The position numbers were made by a program, and so were the translations under genes. A model generated the notes under the pieces. The model saw nothing but the letters and a program-made list of their open reading frames with translations, was not told the DNA's origin and searched no databases. Shown here piece after piece: positions 9,774 to 19,546 of a DNA stretch of 64,000 nt (position 1 is its first letter; each line of letters begins with the position of its first letter). Source of the stretch: an uncultured cyanobacterium (GTDB lineage Bacteria > Cyanobacteriota > Cyanobacteriia > CAKZMO01); assembly GCA_963719515.1 (NCBI GenBank), contig CAVRCJ010000001.1, forward strand, positions 160,001-224,000. The letters run 5' to 3'.

Positions 9774-10351
9774 GGCAGCTTGGTGAGATTATTGAAGCTC
9801 AAGTCAAGTGTCTTGAGATTAGTGAGGTTGCCAACTTCAGCTGGTAGACTGTTCAGTTGGTTGTAGCGCAGGTTAAGCCTCTGGAGATCAGCGAGTTTGC
9901 CAATTTCAGCTGGTAGATTGCGCAGCTGGTTGCCACGAAGATCGAGCGACTGAAGGTTAGTAAGCTGTCCAATTTCCGGCGGCAGATTGGTTAGCTGGTT
10001 ACCGCTAAGATCAAGTACCTGAAGACTTGTAAGCTGTCCGATTTCGGACGGCAACGTACTCAACCCACGGCGTCCAAGAGAAAGCTTCTTCACACTCGCC
10101 AAATTTGCTTCTCTAATTACATGAAGCAGTTCGTCATTTGTCATCTATCAATAGCCCACGCTACCTCAATACTCTAACGACTAAAATTAGCTGTGAGTAG
10201 CCCTATCCTTGTAGCTCTAAGAGAAAGGGGCGATCGCTGCTGTGGGATGGGCGCTAAGCCCTGGATAGCTCGCAGCAAGATCAACCCACCCCATCGGCCA
10301 AACTGGTAGGGGCTGACGGGGTAGGTAAAGCCGGGCTACGACTTCGATTCC

Positions 10352-13300
10352 CTACAGGTACTGCACCGCAGCACTTTCCAGCTCAACCGGAACATCACCC
10401 TGCACCACAGCAATCAAATCCGGCGTCTGCGCAGAGTTAAGATAAATCCCCGTCCCCGACAGGCCCCCCTCCGAAATCGACCCCAGGCTGTAGTCCTCTG
10501 CCGCACCCGCCAGCTTCAGCACATCGCCCGCATCAGCGTCAAAGTCCGTAATCAGCGCAAAGCTGTTTAGCCCCGACGTATCGGCCTTACCGTCGTTGTA
10601 GTAAGCCCCACGGCGATCGCCCAGCTGGAAGGTATCGGCACCCTCGCCGCCCGAGAGCACGTCTAGCTCCTCAAGCCCTCGGTTCTTGGTCAGCAGCGCC
10701 CCGCCAATGAGGCGATCGCGTCCTGCACCACCGCGCAGGACGTCGCTGCCGCTGTATCCCCAGATCGTATCGTCGCCGCCCTGAGCGTTGATGACGTCGT
10801 TGGAGCCGCCGCCGTAGCCCGCAACGCGGTTGCCTAAGTCGTTGAGGAAGGTGACGGTGTTGCGGTTAAAGACACGGCCTCGGGTGTCGTCTGAGTTGAA
10901 GACGTCGAGGCTGTCCGTCACGTTGAGCTGGCCGTCGAACAGGACGTTGCCTACGGTCTTGCCCTCGGGCTGCGGGATGTTGTCGATTTGGTCGGGCGCC
11001 ATGTTCTTGAGCAGGAGTCTGGTGTCAAAGCCCTCGAAACTCATCATGACGTCATCGCCTTGCTGCGTCATCTGCAGGTTGCGGGCCGAGAGGCCGTCAC
11101 CGCTGAACTGGATGGTATCCACTTCGTTGAGGGTAGCCTGCTCCGGTTTGATGCCCTGTCCTACGCCACCGAAGTCTGCGATCGCTAGGTCGTCGCCAGT
11201 CTCAACGGTGAACTGGTTCTGTCCGCCGCTGCCAGAGAGGTCGGCCTCGTCCATGACGGGGTCTGGAGATCCTGCATCTGGCGCTTCTGCGTCTGGCATT
11301 GGATCTGCAGAGTCGTCTACGGCAGGCTCCTCTGCAGCGGGGTCTTTCGCCATGTGCTCCTCATCGAGACTGTCTTCCTCGATAGGTTGCTCGTCTATGG
11401 GCTCATTGTCCATAGGCTCTTCTTCCATGGGTTGCTCCGCGACAGGTTCGTCGGCGGGAGCGTCTTCCTCCACAGACTCATCAATGTCCTCGTCTGGAAG
11501 CTCTTCATCGATGGGCTGCTCAGCGACGGGCTCCTCAGCAGGAATGTCTTCCTCAGCAGGTTCCTCTTCTAGAGGTTCCTCATCGGCAGGCTCTTCCTCG
11601 GCAACGGGTTCCTCGTCTGGAATCTCTTCCACAGGCTGCTCAGCAACGGGTTCCTCAGCGGGAATGTCTTCCTCGATGGGCTCCTCATCGGTGGGTTCTT
11701 CCTCAGCAGTAGGTTCCTCTTCGGGAATGTCTTCCTCAGCAGGCTCCTCGCCTACCGACTCGTCCATGGGGTCTTGCTCATCGACAGGCTCCTCAGAAGG
11801 AATGTCTTCCTCCAGAGGCTCCTCGTCTACCGGCTCTTCTTTAGCGGGCTGCTCAGCGACAGGCTCCTCTTCGGGGGGTTCCTCCTCAGTAGCGGGTTCT
11901 TCCTCCACAGGGGTTTCCTCTACAGGCTGCTCATCAACGGGTTCCTCTTCAGAAGGGGTAGCGGGATCTTCTACAGGGTCTGGGGTCGGCTCAGGCTCTG
12001 GTGATGGCTCTGGGAGCGGCTCACTGGAGCCTGTCGACTTGCCCGTGCCGCCGCCGAACCTGACATTATCGATGGCGACGAAGTTGCCCGACTCATTTGA
12101 GCCGTTTCCAACTTTGGCCGCATCCACCTGCACCATCAGATAGTCGTAGCCGTCGCCTAAGTCCACATCCCACTTAAAGGTCTTCCAGTCAAAGCTCTCG
12201 CCTCCCAGCGTTTGCTCCAGCAGCTTAGTGCTTTCCATCGGCAGCGCCCCCACCTCGCGAGGCCCCTGGTAGTCGTAGAGCTGGTTGCCAAACTCGCCGT
12301 CAACGCCCCACAGATTTACCGAAACTTCGTTCAGCTGCCAAGGCTTCAGCCCCCCTTCAGTGTTTTTGACGTTGAGGCTCAGGGTCTGTGTCCCCGTCAT
12401 GGTGCCCTGGTCGTAGATCGCCTGCCCGACACCCGAGCGATACTTCTCACCCGACAGCACCGCAACGCCGCCGTTGCCCATGTTGGCGTTCACGGTAGCC
12501 CCGTCGGTGGCAAACCAGCCCTTGTTGGCAAAGGCGCTATTGCCTTTATAGGCAGGGCTAAATACCTTAGTTTCGCTAAAGCCGCTGTTTTGGAAGGCGT
12601 TGCCGAAGGTCGCGGAGGCGACGGTGACGGACTGGGTGGTGGTAGCGGGTTTGCCCTGGGTGTCCCAGACGGTGAGGGTGACGTCGCGATCGCCCTCTCG
12701 CTCAAACGCCTTGCGCACCGTGCGGCCAAACTCGTCGATGGTGCCGTCGTTGTCAAAGTCCCAGCCGTAGGCCACGACGCCCTTGCCTGCTTTGTCCCTG
12801 AGATTTTCACCCTTGCTGTTTTCGCCCGCATCGGGGTCGTAGGATCCCCCCGCACTGAATTCCACGGCCAGGCCGCCCACCGCTTTAGCGTTGAACCGGG
12901 CGGTAGGTGCCCGGTTGCCTTCAACGTCCTTGAAGCTAACGTTCTTCACTTCAAAGAAGGCGGCTAGGTCCTCTTCCCCCCGCGAATTACCGTCGTCGTC
13001 TGGGCCCAGCGGGCGGGTGGGGGCAAAATTGACGCCGTTGTTGTCAAAGGTGCTGTTTTTAACTTCAGAGCCAGTAAACGCTGGGCCATTGTTGCCGGTG
13101 CCGTCCCGGGGCACCTTCATACCAATCTCGAAGTTCTTGATGGTCACCCCGTCAAGAGAGAGCCTGTTGGCGGCGTGGTTGTTGGTGATGCCGCTAGCGC
13201 CGTACTTGGTGCTGCGATCGCCATCGCCTAAAATCAGGCCATTCTTGAGCTGGACGTTGCCGTTGTAGGTGAAGTTGACCCCGGTATTCCGAATGTTCCA

Positions 13301-15016
13301 CAGCTGGAAGTTTTCGTAGGTGGAGGGGTAGTTGTGGGCGGGTTTGGTTAGCCCCTCAGAGTCGAAGTTATCCATGCTTACCAGGCTGTCCCGGTTGATG
13401 GTGCGCTTCCAGGAGCCAATGCCGCGCTCGGCGTTGTAGGCTGTGAACCCGTCGAAGTTGGTGGGGACGGTGCCGACGTCAATCACCGACTGGTCGTCGG
13501 TGTTCTTGGCGATATCTTTGAGGTAGTCGGGCAGGTTCTCAACTTTGACGAACTTTTTGTCGCGCACGCTGTCGCCGCCGTCCAAGCCGCCGTGGAAGGT
13601 GACGGCTTCCCCTGCGGTACTGATGGCGATATTGTCCTTGAAGTCCACCAGGCCAGCCCCCTGCACCCAGAAGCCCTCGCCGTTGAAGCCAAAGTCGAAG
13701 TTGAGGGGCCGCTCGTCCCTAAAGCCAAAACCTAGCCCGCCGTCGCCGTCCCCCGTGGTTTTAATGGTGAGGTTGTTGCGCCAAGCGCCAATCTCGTTGC
13801 CCGCCTCTTGCACGATGCCCGCCCCGGCCACGTCGAAGACCACGTTGTCTTCCACCAGCGCGTGGCTGTCGTGGTGAACGATGCCCCAGCCAGGACTGCC
13901 CACCACCGCGTTACCCTTGGCCACAGCCGGAGCGCCGCTGAGGTCGTCTGCCCCCGTACGGTGGAAGTGCAGCGCGTAGCGGCCCCGCACGTTGCCGCCG
14001 GTGCCGTCGCGCCCGTCTTTGTTGGTGCCGATGTCGTCCACCAGCTGGGTCTTGTCAGAGCGCCCCAAGTTGTAAAAGCCCGCGTTTTGCACCACCACGT
14101 CGGGGCTGTGCATAAACATCACGTGGCCCCGCTCTCCGGGCGGCAGGTCCGCTGCCTCCGTCTCGAAGCTGACGTTGCGGGTGGTGTTGGCCACATAGAG
14201 CTTCAGCTGGCCCTTCTCCGCCACGTCGGGGCGCGTGTGGTCATAGCGAAGGACGGTGTTGTCCCCTTCACCGACGTCGTTATTGGTGAACTTGACCCGA
14301 TTACCGCTGATCTCAGTAATCGTCAGCACCTCGTCCTGAAACTTGCTGTTGTCCTCATGGGAGCCGTTATAGTTCCTAGCGGTGCCGCCGAGCACCAGCT
14401 GGTCGCCCACTTGCCAGCCCGTCGGCGATTTTGAGAGCACTAGCTCGCTGTTCCCGGCCGCGACGTCGCTCTGCAGCGTCGTAAAGTCGGTCTTTTCAGC
14501 GCCGTAGATGTTGGTGGTGCCGTGGGAGATGACGCCGCGGCTAATCAAGGTGGGATCCCAGCTGCGATCGATCGCCCCGTCGGCGGTGATGATGATTTGC
14601 GTCGCTTTGTCGGCCTGGACAGGGTTGCCTTCGCTGCCGATGTTGAGGGTACCGGAGGGGGTGTTGACGAAGGTGTCGACAACAAGCTTGGTGTTGGCGT
14701 CGGAGGCAAAGGTGAGGGTGCCGTCTAGGCGCACCGTCTTGAGGCGGGCGTCGCTCTCCTGGCTGTAGGCAACGCTAATGCCGTCCGGAATCAGAACTTT
14801 TGCGCCATCGCCGGGGATTTTGCCGCCTTTCCAGGTGCTGGCGTCAAACCAGGAGCCGCTCTTGACGGCGACGTGGGACGCTTCGGATTCTGGCACTAGC
14901 TCCAGAAATTTCATGTGCTCGCCCTGTTTGATCGGGTCATCACCGTGAGGCATCGACATATCGGCAGCATTGTCCATAGCCATCGAGCCGTCTGTCATAG
15001 AAGGTTGGTCTTGCAT
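10352..15016 (-). CDS. Large secreted G8-domain / beta-helix / PKD protein with acidic linker and RTX-type C-terminus
   Basis: N-terminal G8-like segment (AVKSGSWFDASTW..GKIPGDGAKVLIP), GRYALHFH, beta-helix repeats, PKD-like YGWDFDNDG...VTLTVWD, EEP repeats, and GGxGxD nonapeptides near the C-terminus. Start placed at ATG 15016. Confidence 0.82.
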   Translation of the reverse strand: MQDQPSMTDGSMAMDNAADMSMPHGDDPIKQGEHMKFLELVPESEASHVAVKSGSWFDASTWKGGKIPGDGAKVLIPDGISVAYSQESDARLKTVRLDGTLTFASDANTKLVVDTFVNTPSGTLNIGSEGNPVQADKATQIIITADGAIDRSWDPTLISRGVISHGTTNIYGAEKTDFTTLQSDVAAGNSELVLSKSPTGWQVGDQLVLGGTARNYNGSHEDNSKFQDEVLTITEISGNRVKFTNNDVGEGDNTVLRYDHTRPDVAEKGQLKLYVANTTRNVSFETEAADLPPGERGHVMFMHSPDVVVQNAGFYNLGRSDKTQLVDDIGTNKDGRDGTGGNVRGRYALHFHRTGADDLSGAPAVAKGNAVVGSPGWGIVHHDSHALVEDNVVFDVAGAGIVQEAGNEIGAWRNNLTIKTTGDGDGGLGFGFRDERPLNFDFGFNGEGFWVQGAGLVDFKDNIAISTAGEAVTFHGGLDGGDSVRDKKFVKVENLPDYLKDIAKNTDDQSVIDVGTVPTNFDGFTAYNAERGIGSWKRTINRDSLVSMDNFDSEGLTKPAHNYPSTYENFQLWNIRNTGVNFTYNGNVQLKNGLILGDGDRSTKYGASGITNNHAANRLSLDGVTIKNFEIGMKVPRDGTGNNGPAFTGSEVKNSTFDNNGVNFAPTRPLGPDDDGNSRGEEDLAAFFEVKNVSFKDVEGNRAPTARFNAKAVGGLAVEFSAGGSYDPDAGENSKGENLRDKAGKGVVAYGWDFDNDGTIDEFGRTVRKAFEREGDRDVTLTVWDTQGKPATTTQSVTVASATFGNAFQNSGFSETKVFSPAYKGNSAFANKGWFATDGATVNANMGNGGVAVLSGEKYRSGVGQAIYDQGTMTGTQTLSLNVKNTEGGLKPWQLNEVSVNLWGVDGEFGNQLYDYQGPREVGALPMESTKLLEQTLGGESFDWKTFKWDVDLGDGYDYLMVQVDAAKVGNGSNESGNFVAIDNVRFGGGTGKSTGSSEPLPEPSPEPEPTPDPVEDPATPSEEEPVDEQPVEETPVEEEPATEEEPPEEEPVAEQPAKEEPVDEEPLEEDIPSEEPVDEQDPMDESVGEEPAEEDIPEEEPTAEEEPTDEEPIEEDIPAEEPVAEQPVEEIPDEEPVAEEEPADEEPLEEEPAEEDIPAEEPVAEQPIDEELPDEDIDESVEEDAPADEPVAEQPMEEEPMDNEPIDEQPIEEDSLDEEHMAKDPAAEEPAVDDSADPMPDAEAPDAGSPDPVMDEADLSGSGGQNQFTVETGDDLAIADFGGVGQGIKPEQATLNEVDTIQFSGDGLSARNLQMTQQGDDVMMSFEGFDTRLLLKNMAPDQIDNIPQPEGKTVGNVLFDGQLNVTDSLDVFNSDDTRGRVFNRNTVTFLNDLGNRVAGYGGGSNDVINAQGGDDTIWGYSGSDVLRGGAGRDRLIGGALLTKNRGLEELDVLSGGEGADTFQLGDRRGAYYNDGKADTSGLNSFALITDFDADAGDVLKLAGAAEDYSLGSISEGGLSGTGIYLNSAQTPDLIAVVQGDVPVELESAAVQYL
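11240..12030 (-). repeat. Degenerate Glu/Pro/Asp-rich tandem repeats (EEPxxEE, EEDIP, EQP) inside the G8 protein
   Basis: About 260 residues of repeated EEPVAEQP / EEDIPAEEP units in the translation. Confidence 0.85.
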
Positions 15017-15621
15017 AATCGAAAAACTCCATGAACGGTGATTTTTTGAATGCATTGTGGCGGATGCACCGTTGGAGTAGTGAGGCTGTTTTCTCACTGG
15101 GTGAGCTAGGCTTCGCCAGCGCCCATGATTAGAGCGCGGGCGTAATTATAAAGATGGGCGCAATCAGAACATGGGCTGCTCAATAACGTCTGCTAAAGCG
15201 GCTACAGAGGAAAAAATCCCTGTGAAATACGCGGCTTTGGGTCAAAAGCTCTGTCATGAGCGGTAGATCTGACGCTGCAAAAGCACAGCACGCAGTGCCT
15301 TTAAACTGGTCCTTAGTTCAAAGACGGCGCTAATTGAAGGCGGTAGATGGGTATCCCTCAGCGCGACCTAATTGCAAGATAGGTCAGTTTTTTTCAGAAA
15401 ATGGAGGCTGAGAATACGGAAATTGTCCTGATGTATTGAGGTAATTGCCCGCCCTATTAAACCATTAAATTTTTCACAAAAGACGTTGCTCCGAGCAATA
15501 GAGCCAACACGATAGTGTTAGAAACTTGTAAATTCTAATGTAGGTTTATAGACCGCGTTATTCGGGTGAAGTTCCAGTAAATTCTCGGTGGTTGTTTTGG
15601 CCCAATTTCAGCTAATCAGCG

Positions 15622-16692
15622 CTAGGATTGCTCTAATTCGTCGATTTTTGCCTGCATTTGCGCCATCTGCTCCTGCATTTGACGCAAAGTCTTTTGCAGT
15701 TCCGGCAGTCGGCGCTGCATAACCGCCGATCGCAGCCACTGGGGATGAGGCATAGGGGGATACCCGGACATCGTGACGCCTGGCTTCACGTCATTGATGG
15801 CCGCCGTGCGAGCCGTCAGCGTCGCACCATTGCCAATCGTGACCTGGTCCGTGACGCCCACCTGCCCCGCAAAAATGACGCGATCGCCTACCGTCACCCC
15901 ACCGGCAAGCCCGCCCTGTGCGGCCATGGCGCAGCCCCGCCCAACGAAGCAGCCGTGGGCGATATGCACTAGGTTGTCCAGCTTTGTGTCTTGGGCAATG
16001 CGGGTCTCCCCCACGGCGGGCCGGTCCACCGCCGAACTGCAGCCGAGCTCTACCCGGTCTTCCAGCACCACCACGCCCGACTGCTCCATTTTCACCCAGC
16101 CCTCGCGGGTGGGCACAAAGCCAAACCCTTCTGCCCCAACCACCGCCCCGCTGTGGATGACGCAGTCTGCGCCGATGCGGCTGCGCTCGTGAATGGTGCA
16201 GTTGGCGTGCAGGAGGGTGCGATCGCCGATGGTGACCTCTGGATAGATCACCGCGTTGGGGTGGATGCAGACGCCGTCGCCAATTTGAACCTGGGCCTCA
16301 ATGACGGCGTGGGCGCCTATGGAAACCGCTTCGCCCAAAGTCGCCGTGGGATGGATCACCGCCGTGGGGTGAATGCCCGGTGCGGGTTTGTAGGGCTGGT
16401 AGAAGAGGGCGATCGCCTGGGCAAAGGCGAGGCGGGGCTGGGGGACGCTGAGCCAGGGAATACCGCGATCGGTGGCCTGCTGCTGGAGGGCGTCGTTGAC
16501 GGGCAGAATCAGGCCACCGGCCTGGGTGGATTTTAGGTAGGCGGCGAACTTTCCCCCCTCGATGTAGCTGAGGGCGTCTGGGACCGCTTCTTTAATGGCG
16601 GCGACGTGGGTCAGTTCGGGGTCGTTGTTGGGGTGCAGGGTGAGGCTGCTGGCGGCGGGCTGGAGACGCTGGGCGATGTCGCTGAATTTCAC
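15622..16692 (-). CDS. lpxD: UDP-3-O-(3-hydroxymyristoyl)glucosamine N-acyltransferase
   Basis: Hexapeptide repeats, GAEGFGF and TKLDNLVHIAHG. Start GTG 16692. Confidence 0.95.
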   Translation of the reverse strand: MKFSDIAQRLQPAASSLTLHPNNDPELTHVAAIKEAVPDALSYIEGGKFAAYLKSTQAGGLILPVNDALQQQATDRGIPWLSVPQPRLAFAQAIALFYQPYKPAPGIHPTAVIHPTATLGEAVSIGAHAVIEAQVQIGDGVCIHPNAVIYPEVTIGDRTLLHANCTIHERSRIGADCVIHSGAVVGAEGFGFVPTREGWVKMEQSGVVVLEDRVELGCSSAVDRPAVGETRIAQDTKLDNLVHIAHGCFVGRGCAMAAQGGLAGGVTVGDRVIFAGQVGVTDQVTIGNGATLTARTAAINDVKPGVTMSGYPPMPHPQWLRSAVMQRRLPELQKTLRQMQEQMAQMQAKIDELEQS

Positions 16693-16800
16693 GGGATTCA
16701 ATCTACGATTTGCGGCCAATGGACGGGCTTGACCACATCGTAGGGGCAAATGGCCATTTGCCCCTACCGTGGGACGAGATGATCACAATCTATTGGGCAC

Positions 16801-18201
16801 TTACGACCCGACTTGACCATACGTTAAAAAGGCCACACATTCCACATGGGCCGTTTGGGGAAAGAAATCTATCGGCTGCACTCGCGTCACTCGGTACCCC
16901 CCGTCACACAGCCCCTTCAAGTCGCGGGCCAGGGTCGCCGGGTTGCAGCTCACGTAGACGATTCGGGGCGATCGCAGCCTCACCAACGCCTCCACCACCG
17001 CCGGAGCGCAGCCTCTGCGGGGCGGGTCGAGCACCACCACGTCAGCAGAGATTGTCGGGGGGGCATCGGGGCGCACCTGGTTGGGAAGCCACACCTCCAC
17101 CGTTTCAGGGTAGAAGCGGACGTTTTCGATATTGTTCAACGTCGCGTTGTAGCGGGCTTGGGCTACCGATTCAGCGTGAGATTCAACGCCGATCACCTCG
17201 CGGGAGCGCTGAGCCAGCGGCAGGGAGAGGGTGCCGACGCCGCAGTAGGCATCAACGATAGATTCATGACCTTTTAGAGCCAGCTCTTCCAAAATGACGG
17301 TCAGCATCGCCTCTGCTTGGACCGTGTTGATTTGAAAGAAAGTGGCGGAGCGGATGTGAAACTCTAGGTCCGCAAACCGCTCTGCGATATAGGGCTTACC
17401 CGCCAAGCCCCGAGTCATGTGGCCGAAGATGACGTTGGTGCGCCGCTCATTGATATTCAAGCAGACCCCCGCAAGGCCAAGGCGTTCTAGCCAGTCTTGG
17501 GCCTGCTCCTCCAAACCGGGCAACGCATCGACGTCGGTTTGGGAGATCAGCGTCAGCAGCTTTTCCCCCGTGCGCTGGCCCACCCGCAGCGATAGGTGGC
17601 GCAGCGCCCCGGTGCCGGAGGCTTCCTCATAAATTGACCAGCCCCGCGCCTGGATGTCCTGCTTGGCCTGCGCCAGTATGGGGTCTAAGCGATCGTCTTG
17701 GACAGGGCATTGGTTGAGGTTGATCAGCTTGTGGCTCCCTTTGCGGTAGTAGCCTGCCTGGACCTGGTTTGTGGCGGAGCGCCGCAGGGGGTAGGTGGAC
17801 TTGTTGCGGTAGCTCAGCGGAGCAGAGGGAATCACCGGATCTATGTCTACATCGGCGACACCGCCAATGCGCTGCAGGGCATCGGTGATGATGCGATGTT
17901 TTTGCGTCAGCTGTTCGCCGTAAGCCACAAACTGCCACTGACAGCCGCCGCATTTATCCGCCACGATGCAGGCAGCGGGGATGCGCTTTGGGGAGGGCTG
18001 CAGCATGGCCTGCAGTCTCCCTTGAGCAAAGGTGGGCTTGACGTGCAGCAGCCGCACCTTGATTCGATCTTGGGGGACGGTGTCGGGGACAAATACTACC
18101 CGATCGTTCCAGCGCCCCACCCCATCACCGCGATCGCTGAGGCTGTCGATGGTGAGTTCGATCAGGGAGCCCTGTCGCCAGTCGGTGTTAGTAGCGGTCA
18201 T
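16801..18201 (-). CDS. rlmD: 23S rRNA (uracil-1939-C5)-methyltransferase
   Basis: TRAM domain, CGGCQWQ, FFQINT, VLDPPRRG, YVSCNPATLARD and FFPQTAHVE. Confidence 0.95.
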   Translation of the reverse strand: MTATNTDWRQGSLIELTIDSLSDRGDGVGRWNDRVVFVPDTVPQDRIKVRLLHVKPTFAQGRLQAMLQPSPKRIPAACIVADKCGGCQWQFVAYGEQLTQKHRIITDALQRIGGVADVDIDPVIPSAPLSYRNKSTYPLRRSATNQVQAGYYRKGSHKLINLNQCPVQDDRLDPILAQAKQDIQARGWSIYEEASGTGALRHLSLRVGQRTGEKLLTLISQTDVDALPGLEEQAQDWLERLGLAGVCLNINERRTNVIFGHMTRGLAGKPYIAERFADLEFHIRSATFFQINTVQAEAMLTVILEELALKGHESIVDAYCGVGTLSLPLAQRSREVIGVESHAESVAQARYNATLNNIENVRFYPETVEVWLPNQVRPDAPPTISADVVVLDPPRRGCAPAVVEALVRLRSPRIVYVSCNPATLARDLKGLCDGGYRVTRVQPIDFFPQTAHVECVAFLTYGQVGS

Positions 18202-18567
18202 CGGTTATCTGGTAAAGGGGCAGAACGTAGGGTGCGTCAATGACGTAACCCAGGTATCGGGAATCCAAAAGGCCCAAACGGCAAGGCGCGCCAACAGCGC
18301 ACCCTGGCTTAGAGCAGGGCAAACACCACCCACCAACACTTTTAGGAGTCTCCAAACGACACCAGTTTGCCTAGTGTAAGACAGATCCAAAGTTTTAGGA
18401 GATCGCGCCCCTCACCCTTGCGGTACTAAGCAGCATCAACTCCAACAGAAGGTGATTACAATCACTCTACTGGGGGGCTGACAACCTGAACAAATCAGCG
18501 GGTTATATCTGAGACAAACCTCAACTCTTCTGTCTTTTTTCTACTCAGCCTTTTTGGGATAATTAAG

Positions 18568-18722
18568 TCATCGAGAGGAAAGCTCAAACTCCTCACCAAA
18601 ACACATCAACTAACTCCGGCGGTCTGATCGCTTCGAGCAGTAGTTTGAGCAAGGTTTAGGTAATAAGTAATCCCCCAGGCCTTGCGCTCTATGCCCTGGT
18701 CATTCAACAACTGGGGCATTGT
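18568..18722 (+). ncRNA. Candidate small RNA in the rlmD-mscL intergenic region
   Basis: GATAAT -10-like box at 18558, GCTCAAACT/AGTTTGAGC stem (18582-18650), and a terminator-like hairpin at 18691-18719. Confidence 0.3.
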
Positions 18723-19074
18723 GCTGATCTTTGTAATTTTTCTGAATCTATATCAATAAACTCAACCGGCACCTTGTAAAAGACCCTGTGCTGACTCAGC
18801 CATAGCGGGAAAGACCATACACAATACAAGACAAATTAATACAGTATAATGCATTAAAAATCGCTAAATACTGTACACCTGGCCGCAATCATGAAAACCT
18901 GACTTAACGCTGATATTCTTCTAAGCAGGCAGCTCGATACAGCAATTTTCGGCTGCGTGAGGTGCGGATTTGGGAGGGTGTAATGCGGGAGTGACGCTGC
19001 GCATTACACCGGCGTGAACAAGGCTGTACCTGAGTTTTAGAGGGACACTGCTTAATTTTGAGGAATCTAAAGAT

Positions 19075-19503
19075 ATGGCAAACAGACAAACTCGCAACCG
19101 CGCCATCAACTCTACAGGCGGCTTCATAAGAGACTTTAAGGAGTTTCTGATGCGCGGCAACGTGGTTGACCTGGCGGTTGCCGTCGTCATCGGTGCCGCT
19201 TTCGGAGCGGTAGTGACCTCGTTCATCGAAGACATCATCACGCCCATCATCCTCAACCCGGCCCTGCAGGCTGCAGGTGTCGAAGACATCGCCAACCTGT
19301 CTGCTGGCGGAATTAAGTACGGCCTGTTTCTAGCAGCCGTGCTCAACTTCGTCGTGATTGCATTTGTTCTCTTCGTTATTATTCGTATTTTTGAAAAACT
19401 GAAGCGGAAAGGCGAAGTCGAGGCGGCCGCAGAACCAACCATTGAGGAGAAGCTAGACGAAACGCTGACTCGGCTGACGGCGGTAATCGACCGCAAGCTG
19501 TAG
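19075..19503 (+). CDS. mscL: Large-conductance mechanosensitive channel
   Basis: FKEFLMRGNVVDLAVAVVIGAAFGAVVTS signature. Confidence 0.96.
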   Translation: MANRQTRNRAINSTGGFIRDFKEFLMRGNVVDLAVAVVIGAAFGAVVTSFIEDIITPIILNPALQAAGVEDIANLSAGGIKYGLFLAAVLNFVVIAFVLFVIIRIFEKLKRKGEVEAAAEPTIEEKLDETLTRLTAVIDRKL

Positions 19504-19546
19504 AACAAACAGCAGCGGTGTATCCTGGCTTTAACCCTCAATACTC

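Larger units (their letters stand above)
6170..10144 (-). pseudogene. LRR-Roc-COR-TIR (Roco family) gene interrupted by an IS4-family element; 882 aa when reconstructed
   Basis: N-terminal LRRs (LxxLPxEIGxLxxLxxLDL) at 9774-10144 and 8130-8457. Roc P-loop GEGGVGKT and WDFGGQ, COR region, C-terminal TIR (VFISYS...LLVSPDFLASDFI). Removing the IS plus one TSD (1326 bp) restores a single frame: ...NNLTKLPAEIGCLTK... Confidence 0.92.

Noticed and set aside
10830..12143. 437-aa Ser-rich ORF
   Set aside because: Antisense shadow of the Glu/Pro repeats of the G8 protein.
18588..18598. Yfr1 sRNA
   Set aside because: Only 9 of 11 motif bases match, and it lacks the compact two-hairpin layout and the guaB-trxA context.
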